Under the pieces are notes generated by a model. The model made no database searches, had not been told where the DNA came from, and saw only the letters and a list, made by a program, of their open reading frames with translations. DNA of 64,000 nucleotides from contig OZ287700.1 in NCBI GenBank assembly GCA_965649825.1, positions 930,001 through 994,000 on the forward strand, written 5' to 3'. This document shows, piece after piece, positions 24,750 to 39,000 of this stretch (position 1 is its first letter; every line of letters begins with the position of its first letter). This DNA is from Penicillus capitatus (lineage: Eukaryota; Plantae; Chlorophyta). The position numbers and the translations under genes are program-made.

Positions 24750-27700
24750 TGCTCTCCCTGTCGCCCAGCCATCCTCCCTGACAATAGCGGCTGCCGCTGC
24801 CGGGGGTGTGGGTGGAGTGGATCATTGATTGCAATGAAACTGTGATCCTAGATTGAGCTGGTCTCGAAGTACGAGAAGGACGCGAAGTTCTCCAAGAAAT
24901 CCTTTCCCTCTGTCTTCGGCAGCTGACGAATGCGTTCTCCACAATGTTCAATGGCTGAAAGGTCATCGGCTTCTGAGGTGTCTGTTCCCGATCCAGTCGA
25001 CACCCGCCCTCAGAGAATTAAGGAAGAGCCTCTTCAGGACAAAGGCTCCTGGAGACTCCTGTCTTTCTGGACCCGACGCTTTTCAACTTTCTCATCTCTC
25101 CTGATCAGACGACCTTGAGCTTGGACGAGTATGTGGAATTCTTTACCTGATGAGGGTCGGTGATGCGGCGGACACGTGACCATTCTGTTCTGTCTTTTCT
25201 TCTTTGCCGTGGGCGATGAGTGCATCGGTCCTTTTATTGCTCCGTGGAAGAGTGTCTGTCACTCTGCTCGACCTCTCGAAGCCAGATCTGTGCCTTGAAG
25301 GCACATCTAGAATGTCCGCCGAGCATTCGGATGGAGGGGTTGCTTCCGAGCTGTAGCTTGAGGATTCGTCCAGTCCATGTTCGAAAAGCACACGATCCAA
25401 ACCGATTTCGCAAAGCCCCGAAAGATCTCGATGGAGCATTTTCAGAAATCCCTATCCAGAGCTGTGCTGCCAGTCGAGATTGGCCTGCAACAGTGGAGCT
25501 TGAATCGGCGATTGGTCTGCAGGAGTGTGCCTTACTGTCGCGTCTGGAAATTGCCCTCCATCTCTAGACACGTGTCGTCCTCTGTCAAACTGGATTCGGC
25601 ATCGTTTTCTGTCGACTGATTCATCTGTTGATACGAGTAGACTGTCCTTCTTCCGAGAAAGAGATGGAGAGAGACAGCACAGTTTCATCCAAAGTCTAGT
25701 CTGGCGTCAAGGAGTGTTCATGCCGTGATCGTCCTTTCCAGCGCCGCTCCGATTCTGTCAGGTGCATCCTCACTCAGTGCCAAGGGGACTGTAGACACAC
25801 CTGAGATGCGTGCATGCCCACTTTGTCGAAGCCGGAGAGGTTTCCGGATCATGGCTAAACTGTAGTAACTCGGACGGATCGACTGTCGAAGGGATTTGAT
25901 GTCCATTCCAGCATCGGGGATTTCATGTTCCTGGAAGTCCTGCCACCCGGCTTGTTATTCGTGTCTCTGAAGTGCAGCTGCCAAAACGCAGAGTCTCTGA
26001 TGTCTTTGAATCCGATCCAGAGAGATTCAGTAGCCGTGGCAGAAGGTGGACCCCTCATTACTCTATGTCGCACCTTGTCTTCTGCAAAACCACTGGCTGC
26101 CTGTAGATGTACCATCGTCGTCTGATAATGCGTCCATCCAGGTTTATGGACCAGATCTCTTTGTTTAATGAGTGCTTTCCGAGTGCTCCGTTCCTCTTCC
26201 GCCTGTCAAGACACTGAGTCCCCCATGACGTCAGTTTTATTCCTTTTGTGCGTTATGGCCTACCGAAGAGATCATTGTCGCTTCTACTCCTTTCTGAAAG
26301 AGTGACTCTCACTCTTACAATCTTCCTGTTGCCCGAGTCGGATTCCAGAAGAGAATCCACAAGTCTCAGTCGCCGGACGATTCGGATGAACTGCTTCTAA
26401 GCCGACCTACAGAAGTCCGGCTTGTCCATCTTCCAGAAGCACGGCCTTCGCACCATTCTAACAGTGGAGCTCTGGAGGAAGCTGATGCAGCAGGCCAGAA
26501 ATGCTCTCTCGACTAAATCATGCCGTTGTCAGTGAAACTGGCGCCAAAACGACTCGATGAACTGCCTGCAAGAGTGTGTCTCGAAGGCTCATCAAAATGT
26601 TGCCTTTTAACTCCTCGCTCCTGACATGTCCTCTTTCGTCAGGCCTGGACGCAATCTCCTTTACCAACTGCTTTCTTCTTCCTTTGGCAGGATGTACCTT
26701 CTGTGCAAGTGAAATGCTTTAGATAGTCGATGTTTATTCGACTCAGACTCGGTCTTGCGGACGAACATTCACTCCATGCTCATCCTTCTTCAATGCAGCA
26801 TTGATCCTGTGAAATGTAGACTCATTTTGCGCTGAGGAGAGAGCAAACATACCTGGAATCAATTGATTTACTATTCGTCAAAGCAAACAGGTCCCTCTGA
26901 TCCCTGCTCCAATTTCATGCATAAGCCATCGATTGAATGGCCCCAAAGAACGTTTAACGTTCCCTCGAGGCACCAAAACTTCTTCTAGTTCTTCCTGCCG
27001 GTCTGCATCCAACAAGAGCTTCTTTCCATGTGAAAGGCATAAGAAATGCATGCGACCTGATCCCTTGTCATCTCGTCAAGCGTGGTATTCTGTAGACCGA
27101 AGACAAAGGGGCAAACTCCGATATTCCTCCATAGCAATCCTGTCTTCTTCAGAGCCAATGACCACTGACGGATGTATCAGTGTCTGATACTGCTGTCATG
27201 CAATCATTCTCATTATTCTCTTCTAGATCTCTCCCTCTCCAACATAGAGGATGTTGCCACTCGATGTCATTGTTCAGGTTTCTTGTCTGTCAAGGTCTGT
27301 GATGATCAAGACCCAACGATGTCGTCGAATCCAGAGTTTCTGTTCCGTTGCATCTCTTCTGCCGTCATGATCACCGCATGTTTGCAAATCCACCATCGTA
27401 TGAGTAGATGGACTGAATCTCCAGGAAAGGACATGATTCTGACAATACTTTCGACCAGAGATCCTTTCTAGATGCAGCCAGACTGCTGTGGATGATTCCT
27501 CCCTTCTTCAGAATCACTCATCTAGAATGCCATGCCTCCCACATCGATTCTATAGGAGACCAGGAGCCTGCAGGTTACCATTCGAGTTTGGATTTCGAGG
27601 GAGTTGATTCTACATTGTTGTTCATGTCGAAGGGCCGTTTGGTCAAGGACATGCTCATATGTCGAAGATGAATCCACAATCCAACTGAAGTTCGGGACTG

Positions 27701-28085
27701 GTTCAAATGGGTCCAACAGGATGGAAACTGCGGTATGTGCTGCAGGCTCGCTTCACAAAGTCCTCCTGCAGAAAAGAACGCTCTCAGCATGATATGTCAT
27801 AGTGAAAGGCGTGCTCCGGGGACCTTACACATTCTCTGACGGATAGGAAATATCAAAAAGGATGCCAATAAGCCTTGCAGAACGGATCGTCGAGCTAGAT
27901 CCTTTGTCCGGTACATCAGAGCTGCGTCTTTTTTCTTCAGCAGATCTCTCTGCCAGCAGTCGAGTCTTCCAGCACAAAAATCGCTGTCACTGTCACGTAT
28001 TCACTGCGTCTGGGTGTCTCCTTACCGTGTCAGATAGCGATGCTGTTTTACTGAACATTCCATGAAATCACCTCATCGGAGTGGA
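24750..28085 (-). mobile_element. Heavily decayed APE-endonuclease/RT (LINE ORF2-like) remnant
   Basis: Ordered motif remnants across frames: ISWNV (28054-28068), IFVLED, IGILF, SR|IN (split at 26807-26852), RPIS (25475-25486), PLS, EADDL...LENFASFS (24959-24973 onward). The RPIS-to-ADD distance of about 510 bp fits a LINE RT. Many stops and frameshifts. Confidence 0.45.
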
Positions 28086-29319
28086 TGAACATGCTTCGAT
28101 CTCCTCTTAGTAGCTGTCCTTGAAATGCAGGCATTAGACAGCGTTGGAAGTACGGCTGTACCTTACCGATGCACATGACGACTGTCAAGCTCATTCTTGC
28201 CTCATCTAACTGGTCGGAGATAACAGAGGATTTCATCCACTGCTCTGGCATGGGCATATCCAACACACAATCCACTTCTTGCAGATCACCAGCCACTTCA
28301 TCCTCTGCTCCAAGAACCAGTCCATCACTCAATCCACCTGTCCACAGAATCCCGTTTTGACCGGATCGACATTCTCTGCCTTCTTCATGTAGTCTGTTCT
28401 GAAACACAGATGTGGAACGAGCAAACGAGCATGCATCTATCTGTACCTTGTTGTTGCTCATTGCGTCGGTCAAGCTGGCTTTCATGTCATCAACGAGTAC
28501 TGCAACACTTCTTCTGCGTCTTCATATGTGTGCTCTGTAAGCGAATCTGGCATGTCGCCTCATGTTCCAGAAAACCAGTCCATCAATCAATCCACCTCCT
28601 CGCAGACCAGAAAGACACCTCCTCGCCTTCTGCTCCAGGAAAATAAACCAATCCAGCACTCCATCCACCTCACACGAATCCGGACACCTCGCTGTCCACT
28701 ACCGACTCAACAGTCCAGCACGTCGTCCACCACATCGCAGATCCAGCTCCGCCTCATCCTCCGCTCCGAGCCATCCAGTATGACAGCCACCAAACCAGTG
28801 GTACCGTACATCTCGGTGTCCTCTACCTACTCTGAGTCCGATCCAGCACATCTTCCGCCCCATCACAAGAACCGGACATCACACAAGCCTCGCTTCCAGG
28901 AATGATCGAATACGACTGACTGCCACTTCCTCTCAGATCCTGAACCCGCTGCATTCATTGCTTCCATGAACGATCCAAACAACAACCAGCCTTTCCGGCA
29001 AATCCAGGCGTCTCACCAACCACTGTCGCCGCAATCGTTGATTGCATTTCAAAATCCATCCATCCTTCCCAGAACAAGGATGCAACACATGAAGAACAAC
29101 ATCAGAAACCAAAGACACAGACACCAGCCGCCACACGCCACATAGAAACTTGCAGATCAAACTAGATTCCATAGAAAAAGCCACCAGAAACAAGCCCTCA
29201 GCCCGAAAAATGTCAGAGATGACGGAACTATACAAACAATCAGATCGACAATGACTTTCCAGACTTGTCAAAAACAGCAGAAAAAGCAAAACAGTTGGCA
29301 GAAACCAGCACATTGTCAA

Positions 29320-29580
29320 AACACAGATTACTGGTTCTATTCATCACACTTTCAAATGTGTGAGATTTATATTTTTTTGAATTTTTGATTTTTTTATTTT
29401 TTATTTTTTTCAGAACAGATTACTGGTTCTATTCATCACACTTTCAAATGTGTGAGATTTGTAATTTTTTTTAGAATTTTTGTTTTTTTATTTTTTTTTT
29501 TTTTCAAAACAGAATATTATTTATTCTATTCATCACACTTTAAAAAGTGTGAGATTTGTGATTTTTTATTTTTTGTGACT
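29320..29580. repeat. Three about 46-bp hairpin-containing repeats separated by poly-T tracts (left arm)
   Basis: ACAGATTACTGGTTCTATTCATCACACTTTCAAATGTGTGAGATTT at 29323 and 29415 (identical), with a variant near 29524. Confidence 0.9.
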
Positions 29581-29690
29581 ACAAAGAAAACACTAGTAAA
29601 ACAAAGGCGATGAGGGCGCGTTAACTGGCGGAATTTCCCACCCTACGAACTACACACAGATACGAAAGAGTTAGAAGAAGAAAAACAAAA

Positions 29691-30503
29691 CTAAAATGCA
29701 GAACTTACGAAATTTAAAGTGTTGCAGTACATCAGGGTATCCGATCCAGCATACCCTGATGTTGACGTCCGCGAACATGGACTAGGAGTTTCCTCCCAGT
29801 CCATGGCATCGTCGTCGCACGTGGGTTCGGAGAACCCGCATGTGGCAGCTCGTGGCGGTGGCTGCGGTGCAAATGGCGGCAGTGAAGTAGCCTGTGAAAA
29901 CAATACAAGTCTTAGAGGGAGATTAACAACGGATGGATGTCTTACCTCGAAGCCGTGATTTGAAACTTCAGACTGCCTTGCGGTCAGTCGTTCGCTCCTT
30001 TCTTGTGCAGAAAGGCGGCGAGGGCGCCTGCTAGCAGATGGATGCCCGGTCTGATCTGCAGGCTGGCCAAACCGGGCACGTGTCTCCTCTTCCCTCGCCG
30101 CCATCTGAGCGGGCGTCTTTGCTCTTAGGCCCCGGTAGAAAGCTTCTTTTTCGGCCGGAGACATATGTCTGAAGCCGTAAAACGTGTTTAGGGCTTCGCT
30201 AAACCTGTTTCGAAGAAGCACACAACACAAAACAGTCAGTAAGCGTTGACAGATGAGGCGGCGGTCGCAGGCAACGACCCATGGAACGAGATGTCGCATG
30301 CAGAACGACAGGAAAGGCGGCCCCGTTTCCGTGCATGCGACGGCCAGAACGGCCAGCGACTCGCACAGAATGCGCGGGAACACGGAAAAGCGACGCGCGG
30401 CTGAGATACCGCAGTGGCGCGTTGCGTCGGCGGCGGCAACGAGGAGAATGACTTACTTGTCCCATGGGTTAGCGCCGCCTTGGTTGTTGGAGCGGGAATC
30501 CAT
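29691..30503 (-). CDS. Three-exon orphan gene, about 168 aa (left-arm copy)
   Basis: Mirror of 60644-61456, with the same splice sites and apparently the same protein. Confidence 0.65.
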
Positions 30504-31538
30504 CTTCTTGAACTTGGTCGCTGAAGGAAACGAGAACCTGGAAACGGGAACGCGAATAAACGCAATGGGCAGATCAACTGGAAGCCGCCTCGGTTGCCGT
30601 TAAACGGTCTGGAGATGCCTGGGATGGGGTCTCTGACCGGTTGCATGACGGACGCATCGGCCAACAGATCCGGGGAACCGTGTGCCGAATCGTCACGACA
30701 CGGAGCAGTCCTGCTGACGTCGTCTGCGCATCCAGACGAACGTCTGCGGAGACCAAGTGAGTTTTGCATCCGGGCCGCAGAACTCTCTTGCGAGGTTCGC
30801 ATCCCTGAGTCGCCCTTGATGAGCATGCCGCAGCCAGAGAGAGAGGAATCGGCTGACAGTTCGGACTCTCGAGAAGAATTCCGAAGATGCCTTGGCGACT
30901 AGGGGGTGTCAACGACAGCACCGGCAAGGCATACGCCACACTCGCCGTCGCTGAGGCCGGAAGTTCCGCTTTCCTGACGAGAGAAGTCTGCCGTGAGGGC
31001 ATGAAAACCGTGAAGTAGCTATCGTTTTGAGGCAGATTCTGGGCGTCTAAGGTGCCTGTGTGTTCTCGGGACTGCGGATGATTCCAGAAGTGATTTGGAA
31101 CGTGGCATGCTGCTCGGACGTGTGCGCGGTACACGATAGAAGATGTGCGAGAGTAATCGTTTACAGATCAGTGTTCTGTCATTCAAGGTTCGGGTCGATG
31201 GCGTGGTGTTTGCCCGATGAAGACTGTGTTTCAGCATCGTGTAGCGATCTCGGCAAATAGATGTATTACCTCCGAGCATCCTTTTATCCGAGATCTAACG
31301 TCCTAGAAGAGTTAAGCTGTGGTAAAACACTTTAAAAAGAAAGTGGCATGGCAATGTTGATATCCCCTAAATGAATCGTTGCGGCTGACACCTGCCTTCA
31401 TTTCGACACGGTAGCTGCGAAGGAGAAAGACGAGGATTGTAAGTGTGAATGTAATAGATCTTACAGGACATTGATGTTCATCTGTGTCACGCGTGTGATA
31501 TTTCAGGATACATTTGTTTAGAGGGTGGTCTCATACTA

Positions 31539-32620
31539 GTGCCACTTCCTCACTGGATAAAGTGCAGAGCTTCTCGAACATCGATCAGTGATGGATGCAC
31601 ACATGAAGAGAAATCGTCTCGATGTGCAATTCTTAGGAAACTGAGGATAACGAAGCATCGCATTTCAGATTTCCTCGTCGATCTGCATTTCGAGACAACG
31701 ATTCCGTCATCCATACGTGTTGCTGTCTCACAGAGAATGGATGCTGCCTTAAACAACCACTGCGTTTTCCTGCTGGATGTGGTGCATCTGCTGAGATACC
31801 ATGATATATTCCTTCATCCATCCGGGGACGAAAACTTTGCCATTTCTAAGAAAGGTGACAGTTTCGGTAGCCACAGAGGCTTGAAGGTGTTAAGTGTCAT
31901 GAGAAGAGAGATGCTGTTGTATCCACGGCAGACGGCACGCTATTCGCATGGTAACAAAAGAACTTCGAACGGCTGTCAGAACTGGATGGAGAGAGGTCAT
32001 ACGAGGAGACCAAGAAACGGGATAACGGATTGGCTCCTTCGATTCCTCCGAAGCGGCGAGCGAGATTTGCGGGAGTACGCTGGAATGGGTCAGTCACCAC
32101 CTCTTCAGAGGTCGTTGACGGCAAAGCCTACGGAATCGGTATATGGAACCGTGAATTCCAGAGACCGTTGATATATTTGTCCCTCGTTCCCGTACGACAA
32201 GGGCCACGATGAACATGAGTTACACCTTAAGACACGCAGCGCGACCGTCGACTTCATACTCAAGGAGGCATTGGACGTTTCAGCGACTCGGAGGACTGCT
32301 TTCACCAGGGGACGGAGTGCTTTGGTCTTGCAAAGAAGTCAAACAGAAGGTATTCGTTGCCTTTTCGGACGCTGGGTCAGTCTGGAACCTTTCGAGAAGC
32401 TGAGTTCTGTCCGTTTCTGTTTATTCATGAAGCTTGGACTGTATTCGTACCTGTTTGTCGATTGACGGAGGATTGACATCCCTAAAAAAAGTGTGCCCTT
32501 GACGCCAGCGAAGGTCGCTGAGTTTCCCTCTAACACTCTTGCCTTCTCTATGGCTGATGGACACTGAAAACGAAAGTGTGAGATGCCGTGAGTGATTGGA
32601 TGCTGAAATGCCAGCGGGTT
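31539..32620 (+). pseudogene. Decayed member of an unknown dispersed gene family
   Basis: Homologous to 46500-47290 and to about 58560-59607 (reverse). Shared frame PSFPYDKGHDEHELHLKTRSATVDFILKE; in-frame TGA and frameshifts. Confidence 0.5.
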
Positions 32621-35600
32621 GCAAGGATGCACTTCGTGACAATGGGCAAGCAGAGCTGGACGGTAGATAGGTGGAACAAAGAGGACAATCGAATCACCCA
32701 TCTGCGTAATGTCGAACGCTCGTGATGTGTGGCGAAGAGTGATAGATCGTGGCGATCGTCCATCTCCGTGTAATAACCCCTTTGACTATCCAAAGTGCTA
32801 TTCGAGAACTTTACAACTGTCTCACTTTACAGCTGTGCTGCAGACAGTAACTGACACAGTTCTAGATCGATGTCGATGCAAAAAAGCAAGTGGAGATCTA
32901 TTCCTTCCGGTGTCAAGACAAATCCAAGTGTGAAGGTCGTGCCTCAGTTAGTGGTTCTCACTGGGGCTCTGAACTTCTTCTGCACATTTTCAACAGGCTC
33001 AGTTTCGCTGAAGGAATTTCAAGCTGCTGGTCATCAGGCGGATGGGTTGCCAGACAGCCAGTCGCAAAGATTTCATGCGGTTCGATCCTTGTTTCTTGAG
33101 ATTCGATCTTTCTCTGCGAACCCGTTTCAACTTCTTACAGTCCTTCGTCTCTGTAAACGATTTCTGTTCGGGGAGTAAGTGGATACAGTCAATCAACTCA
33201 GCAGACATGACTTCAATCCACAATTCATCCGTTCAGAATGAAACACATCAACGAGACAGACGTTCTGAGCAGTACTCCCTTCACCATTGATCATGAAAAG
33301 ATCATTAGGCGTGGTCCGGACAAGACTTGGATTGCACCAAGAACTCTTTGAGCAGGAGTCTACGCGTTATCTTAGAGAAATCTACACGACCGGCGGCGAT
33401 CAGATACGAGAACGAACTGTTTGGTAGAATAGCCCTGTGACCTTTTAGTTACAAGAAGATCGTTTACTTTCCAGACCCCGACGGACGTGAGCGCTCCTTG
33501 AACACGGTTCAACCTATCTTCACAACGAGCTCTGGCACTTAAAGCAACAGTCCTGCCTTGGAGCTTCAGTCGAAAAAGAACTTCAAGACGGCACTGGACA
33601 ACGCATCTCGACCAAGTAGACTGCCCGTTCGGCACCAGCAAAGAGAAACGTTGTTTCTTTGGCAGACACGTCGCCGAGAACCTCGATGCGGTAAGCAAAG
33701 GCAACGTTCTGAGTAAACAATCCGTCACTCTGTTTCTGCAAACCCAATCGATGCCTACAGTGTAGTGTCAGAAATCACCACGAGTGTCATACGTCAGATA
33801 CTTTGGAAATAGATTGAATCCGTAGCTTGTTTCGAAATCTGCGATGTGCTTGTTGACCAGAGAGTACCCACCACTACGAATGTAGGCCTGCTCTCGCAAA
33901 GAGAATGTAAAGATGCATGCAGCCCATAATATGTGACGGAATGGTCCCGCTAACCTGACGCCTCGACTGTTAATTCAAGAGATGGACAAATCAAAGAGAA
34001 GTAGGACTGCCCCTCTCTCAATTAGCTGCCAGCTTTACTCTTCTGATGAGTGTAAACAGTGAATCTGCTTCTCTTGGACTTCAACCCCTATGCTCGCGCA
34101 GCACTCGCTTTGGCCCTCACAGTAAGTGGCATTCCCAGCCTCGCCGAGAAAACCCGTGAGTGGGTGCTCCGAGAACTGCGACCTTCTGTCACTTATTCGG
34201 CACGATGAGACCAGAACCTGGAACTCGATCAGACGGAAGTGGCGGCTCTGATACCCCTTAGAGCGGGTTATGATGCTCTTTAATTCGCGGCAGCAGATGA
34301 GCTACTTCCGCGATCGCGCGCCCAGACAGCGTCTCGGTTTCGAATTCGTCCCGCATCGCACGGGGTCCATCTCGAATGAGCGTTTCGCTGACGGTAAAGG
34401 GTAAGTCATCACAAACCGGTGAAGGCACTTTCAGCCCAAACGCCGAGCACGCTGACGAACGTCACATCACGCCATATCCTTCCAGCGTCTCCGACGTGTC
34501 GCCGTTTTCGCCAGGCCGGGTTTTCTACCTCTTCCTGGTCTCTCCGACGCTCAAGGCGACCATGTCCTTAAATGCAATTGCCTTTGCCGTTGTCACTCTT
34601 TTCTGCCTCCATTCGGTGACATCGTGTTCTCTGTCGATGATGGCCCCTACCGTTTTCTCACTTCTTGACAGGTCGTTGCCTACCGTCCGGCGCAAGAAAG
34701 TGTTGTCTATGGACACGGAAACGTTTTCAGCGAACCACTTGCGAATCATATCCCCGTCAACATTCGTACCAGCTATTCCAAATGCGCGCTCAAGTTTGCT
34801 CAGCCGTCCTCGCAGGGTTCTTCCCAGGTCGGATGTGGATTGCATACAGCTATGCGTCGTATAAGGCGTCCACGATAGAGCAATGTGCAACCATGTGCTG
34901 TTCAGGCAAGATTTTATGACTTAGGGGCCTTCAACAACGTTATTTGCGTAGCGGGTGGATCCATTCCCTGTATGGCATTTGATTTGAACGGAAATAACGA
35001 TTGCCGACTGATCGGATATATACCCACCTCCTATTTCTATTCACCCATCGTAAGCAGTGGAGTCTGTTAGAAACGACGACGTCCGAAGAGGTGGGCACAC
35101 AGACCAATGCCAATTCGAACTCATTCGCAGAGAGTTTTGCATATCCTCTCTGAAACGGATTCAAATATGATACGCACACATGTAATGAGCAGACTCTCTG
35201 TTTCTTGAATTCGATTCTCTTATCAGCGTGTCTCCTGTTGGCTACTGAGCAGAGAGAAGATCGCATCACTCTTTGTTTTTTGTAAATATCTTGTTGATCT
35301 TCAGCCTTTTCTGAGATTCCACTGGACTTTCGCCTTCGTGAGTTTGGCACTAATCCCGAGGCAGTAGATTGATGGATTCCATGGGTCCATGCAGTAGAAT
35401 CCTGCAAAACCAAAGGAAATGCAAAACAGAAGGCGGCGTGCTAAGGGTGCATCGAAATCAAGGTTGGCCTTATCTGCATCCATATCCACAAGACAAGAAC
35501 TACTGCATACAGAAACTTGAAATGCCTGAAGAATAGTGACTGACGATCATCTTACGCCAAAACAGATACGAATCTATCAAGTTGCGTAGGAATTGATGTT

Positions 35601-36076
35601 TTTCTGCTTTCTTGAACGGTGGGTGATGACCTTGCAAAGGTGCAAGGGCGAATTCGTTGATTGCTGACTCAATTGGCTATTCATTTACTTTCAGAAAAAA
35701 GAAGCCACTACAGAAATTGTTCAACACCTTTTCGACAACAACACTCGGCCTGCAGAAGAAGAGCATGCATGAGTTGGCTGCTGCCGCCTTGCAATGGAAC
35801 CATTCTGCAAAACGAATCTATCCTTTCTATTCAGGAGAACGTTCATTCGCGTTTCTTTTATGTGACACAGCTGAGATGTCATTGCACAAACCTATCTCGA
35901 ACGAACGGACGAACATCAAAACGAAGCCAGGTGTTCGACAGCATCAACAAGAACGCCATCGATAGCAGTATGCGTTAAATGATCGTGATTTGTGTTCCGC
36001 ACGTAGTGCTCATCCATCCTCTTTCATGTGCCCAATGTTGTCGGCTCTTCTAAGATGAATAGATCTTGATGTCAAA

Positions 36077-39000
36077 TCAGCGGTAGATATCCCAAAAAGT
36101 GCGCTGCCATTTCTCTGGATTCCGTTCGGTGGTTCCCCATCTCAAGGCAATAAAGTATCTGTCGTCTCCAAGGTACCTTTCATCATTCCTCTGTACAGCA
36201 GGAAAACTTTTGAGAAATTTGGAAACGATTTCGTCATCGTCCCTCAGGTCCACTGGAGGACGACGCCTCTCCCTCGGATGATATGCAAATCTCAAGTACT
36301 TGAATTCTTCGTCTGGCATCTCCAGTGTTGCCTGAATGCGTCTCTTAATCTCTCTCAATTCTTCTCCTTTCTTCGCTCGGATCCAGAAAGGATCTCCGAA
36401 GGTTGACGACCCGCCATCAGATTCCCAGTGACAGCAAGGAACCATGTACTCATCCGATTCTAAGTACTGTTGATCCTCTGGTATAACTTCTGCTCGAAAG
36501 GTCCAGTTATCCACATGCAGCGACTCGAGCGATGTCTCGTGGTCCAGCACCTGACGGCAGAACGATCCATGAGGTGTGAATTGATACGACATGTTACTTT
36601 GTCGATCCTGGAGTGCCGAATCCGCATGACTCGTATGTCGGAATAGGCATAATCATCGCCAAGCTCTTGCTTCAGCTGTTCGATGAGGTCAGCGATTGTC
36701 GACTCTTGTGACAGTTGAAGCATGTGCACCGACTGCAGTTCAGATTTCTGGTCGTGAAAGAAGATAGGCAGACATTTCATCTTTTCCAGAGTAGGAAGCT
36801 GTATGTTGAGAATCTCATAGTAGAGGGTGTCTATGTACCGATTGGATTCCAGAAGCATGGTTTTCAAACGGTCGGGTCCATTGTACTTGATGGGACTTGT
36901 GCGCGGCAAATTGTCATAATGATTCTGCTGTGTCAGACGAATCTTCTTGTAATCTTCCACTTTCAGGTGATTGGCCACTTCGATCGTCACCTGCTCGTAA
37001 CTCATCGTCTCTATCAGTTCCAACTTGAAGCCGTCATCCTATAGATATTGTGACATGATGTGACACGCGAGACAAAGAGAGGACCTTCGGATTCTTGAAC
37101 GGTCTGAAATGCACCACTTTCCGATTCCAAACGAACTCCAGAAATGACTCAACGGTCGGATAGGGACAGATCTGCTCGATCGTCTGTGTCATGGTGACGC
37201 GTTCTTGGATAATGATGATGTCACCTTGGACGAGTTGACACTGCGGTGGGAGAAGAGTGAGATTCTGTAGAGCAGGATGAGCACCTCACCTGCAATGCTG
37301 TATGATCAGGGTGCAAATGTGGACAGGTGACGTGGGGATAAGATTTCTCTTCTTTGAATCCGATGATATCTGCATTCTGCGGAAGACCAGCTTGCTCCTT
37401 CGCCTCGTCCAGAATTCTTTGAATCTGCGTCGACTCCTCAATGTAGAGACGTCCGGCGTACGAGAGCCTTCCGAATCTTGGATCGTAGTGCTTAACGGAG
37501 ATGAGAAATTCTGTTTGCTGTAAGGGACGTGGCACATCGCTCACATCCGGCGTTTCGAGGAAGAGGTTGACTGTCATGAAGGCAGTCATCTCGTAGACCG
37601 TTGAGGGATCCCTCTCTCTGAAGGCCTTGAGATCCAGGACAGTTTTGATCTCGCCAGACCCCGTCTCCAAAGGCTTTTCAATTCTACTGGTCCCGTTCTG
37701 ACGAAGTGTCCATGACCAGAAGCGCTGGAGATGTTTGTCAACGCCAAAGTTTCGGCTGACCATCTCTTTGAAATCTTCAAACGGCGTCCTCTTGTGCACT
37801 CTGTAGTGATGGACGCCGTCGAAATCTGTCAAATCAAAGCAGCAGTTCTGTCCCAACTGTTCAGCGAACTGCTTTTCGTATGCCAACTTGATCACCATGT
37901 ATAGGTGTCTCTCCCTTTTCTCCTCCTGTCGCCTCTCCTTCCTCGCCTGCTCCGCCTGACGGTATCACATTTCATCAGGGGATCATCACCTTCAGTGAGC
38001 AGTCTCTTACTTCGAGCACTCGGCGGACGGGCTCTGAGATGTCTTCTTTGTCAGTTTCGCACATGACCCAGTCCCAATCCGACGTTCGAATGTACACCAG
38101 CATGAAAGCACTGGGATCCATGCAATTGTCGTAGTTCCTCTCGATATCCGATTCGACAATATCGAGTTCATCACCTGTGCCGTCACATCATTCCCGAATT
38201 CTAACGGAAGAACGTGCCTTGACCGAATTGCTCGGCGATCGCTTGGCTTTCGGTTGCTTCTTCGACGACTCCATCGTCGAACTTGTACCATTTGTTGTTC
38301 GATCTGATGAAGACGAAGTAGCTGATTTCTCCTGGATCTCCACTGTGTACAAACACGCTGTGTAGTCGATACCTGTTCACCACTGTCTTGTTAGCGGTTT
38401 CGGAAAGCAGAGCGCGATCGTTGCAGTCGAGATCCAATTCATCGTAGAACTCGTAGTGAGCATTGATCTGCGCGAAAAGCCACAAATCAGCACGGCTGCA
38501 GAAAACAGAACCAAGTGTCACGTACTTTGACAAAAAGCTCATAACAGGATTCATATTTAAATCGCTTCAGATGCAACTGCAGAACAGGAGGGAAGCTTTC
38601 AAACCGTACATGGCATCGAGCATCCTGACAGGAGAGGTCTCGCTCATTCGAGCAATGCATAGCAATTCAAAGAGTGAGATCTGACCTGGAGACCGTGTTT
38701 GCCTGTATTGTACTTGTATGGCCCTTCCAGCATCTCCTCTGCGCAGAATCTCTCCAGGGATTCGTAGACGTCCTTGCACCCCGCCACATCCAACTCGATG
38801 TTCATATACGACAGTCTACGTGATGAGGTGTGCGGGACATTTAGACACTCCACATAAGTTGAGTAGTGTCCGACGAAGAGATCAGGGATGACAGTCTCCA
38901 TCTCCGTCCCCTGAAAAAACCTGTAAGTTGATGCGACTGAGCATAGAGCGCGTCTGACCTTCATCTTCTCCTCCAGCTTCTGGCACAAGATTGTTTGCAA

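Larger units (their letters stand above)
27139..35850. repeat. Left arm (outer part) of a large inverted segmental duplication
   Basis: Reverse complement of about 55312-64000. ORF translations are pairwise near-identical over about 8.4 kb (27139 pairs with 64000; 35550 with 55590), with lower similarity from 35550 to 35850. Confidence 0.97.

Noticed and set aside
25147-25153. Hammerhead ribozyme core CTGATGA (also 34043-34049)
   Set aside because: No stem II followed by GAAA and no closing stems.
25260-25380. Tyrosine-recombinase-like IRMLGGHSRCAFKAQI (DIRS element)
   Set aside because: The upstream HxLRxG motif is absent or mis-spaced and the catalytic Tyr is missing; the LINE RT reading fits better.
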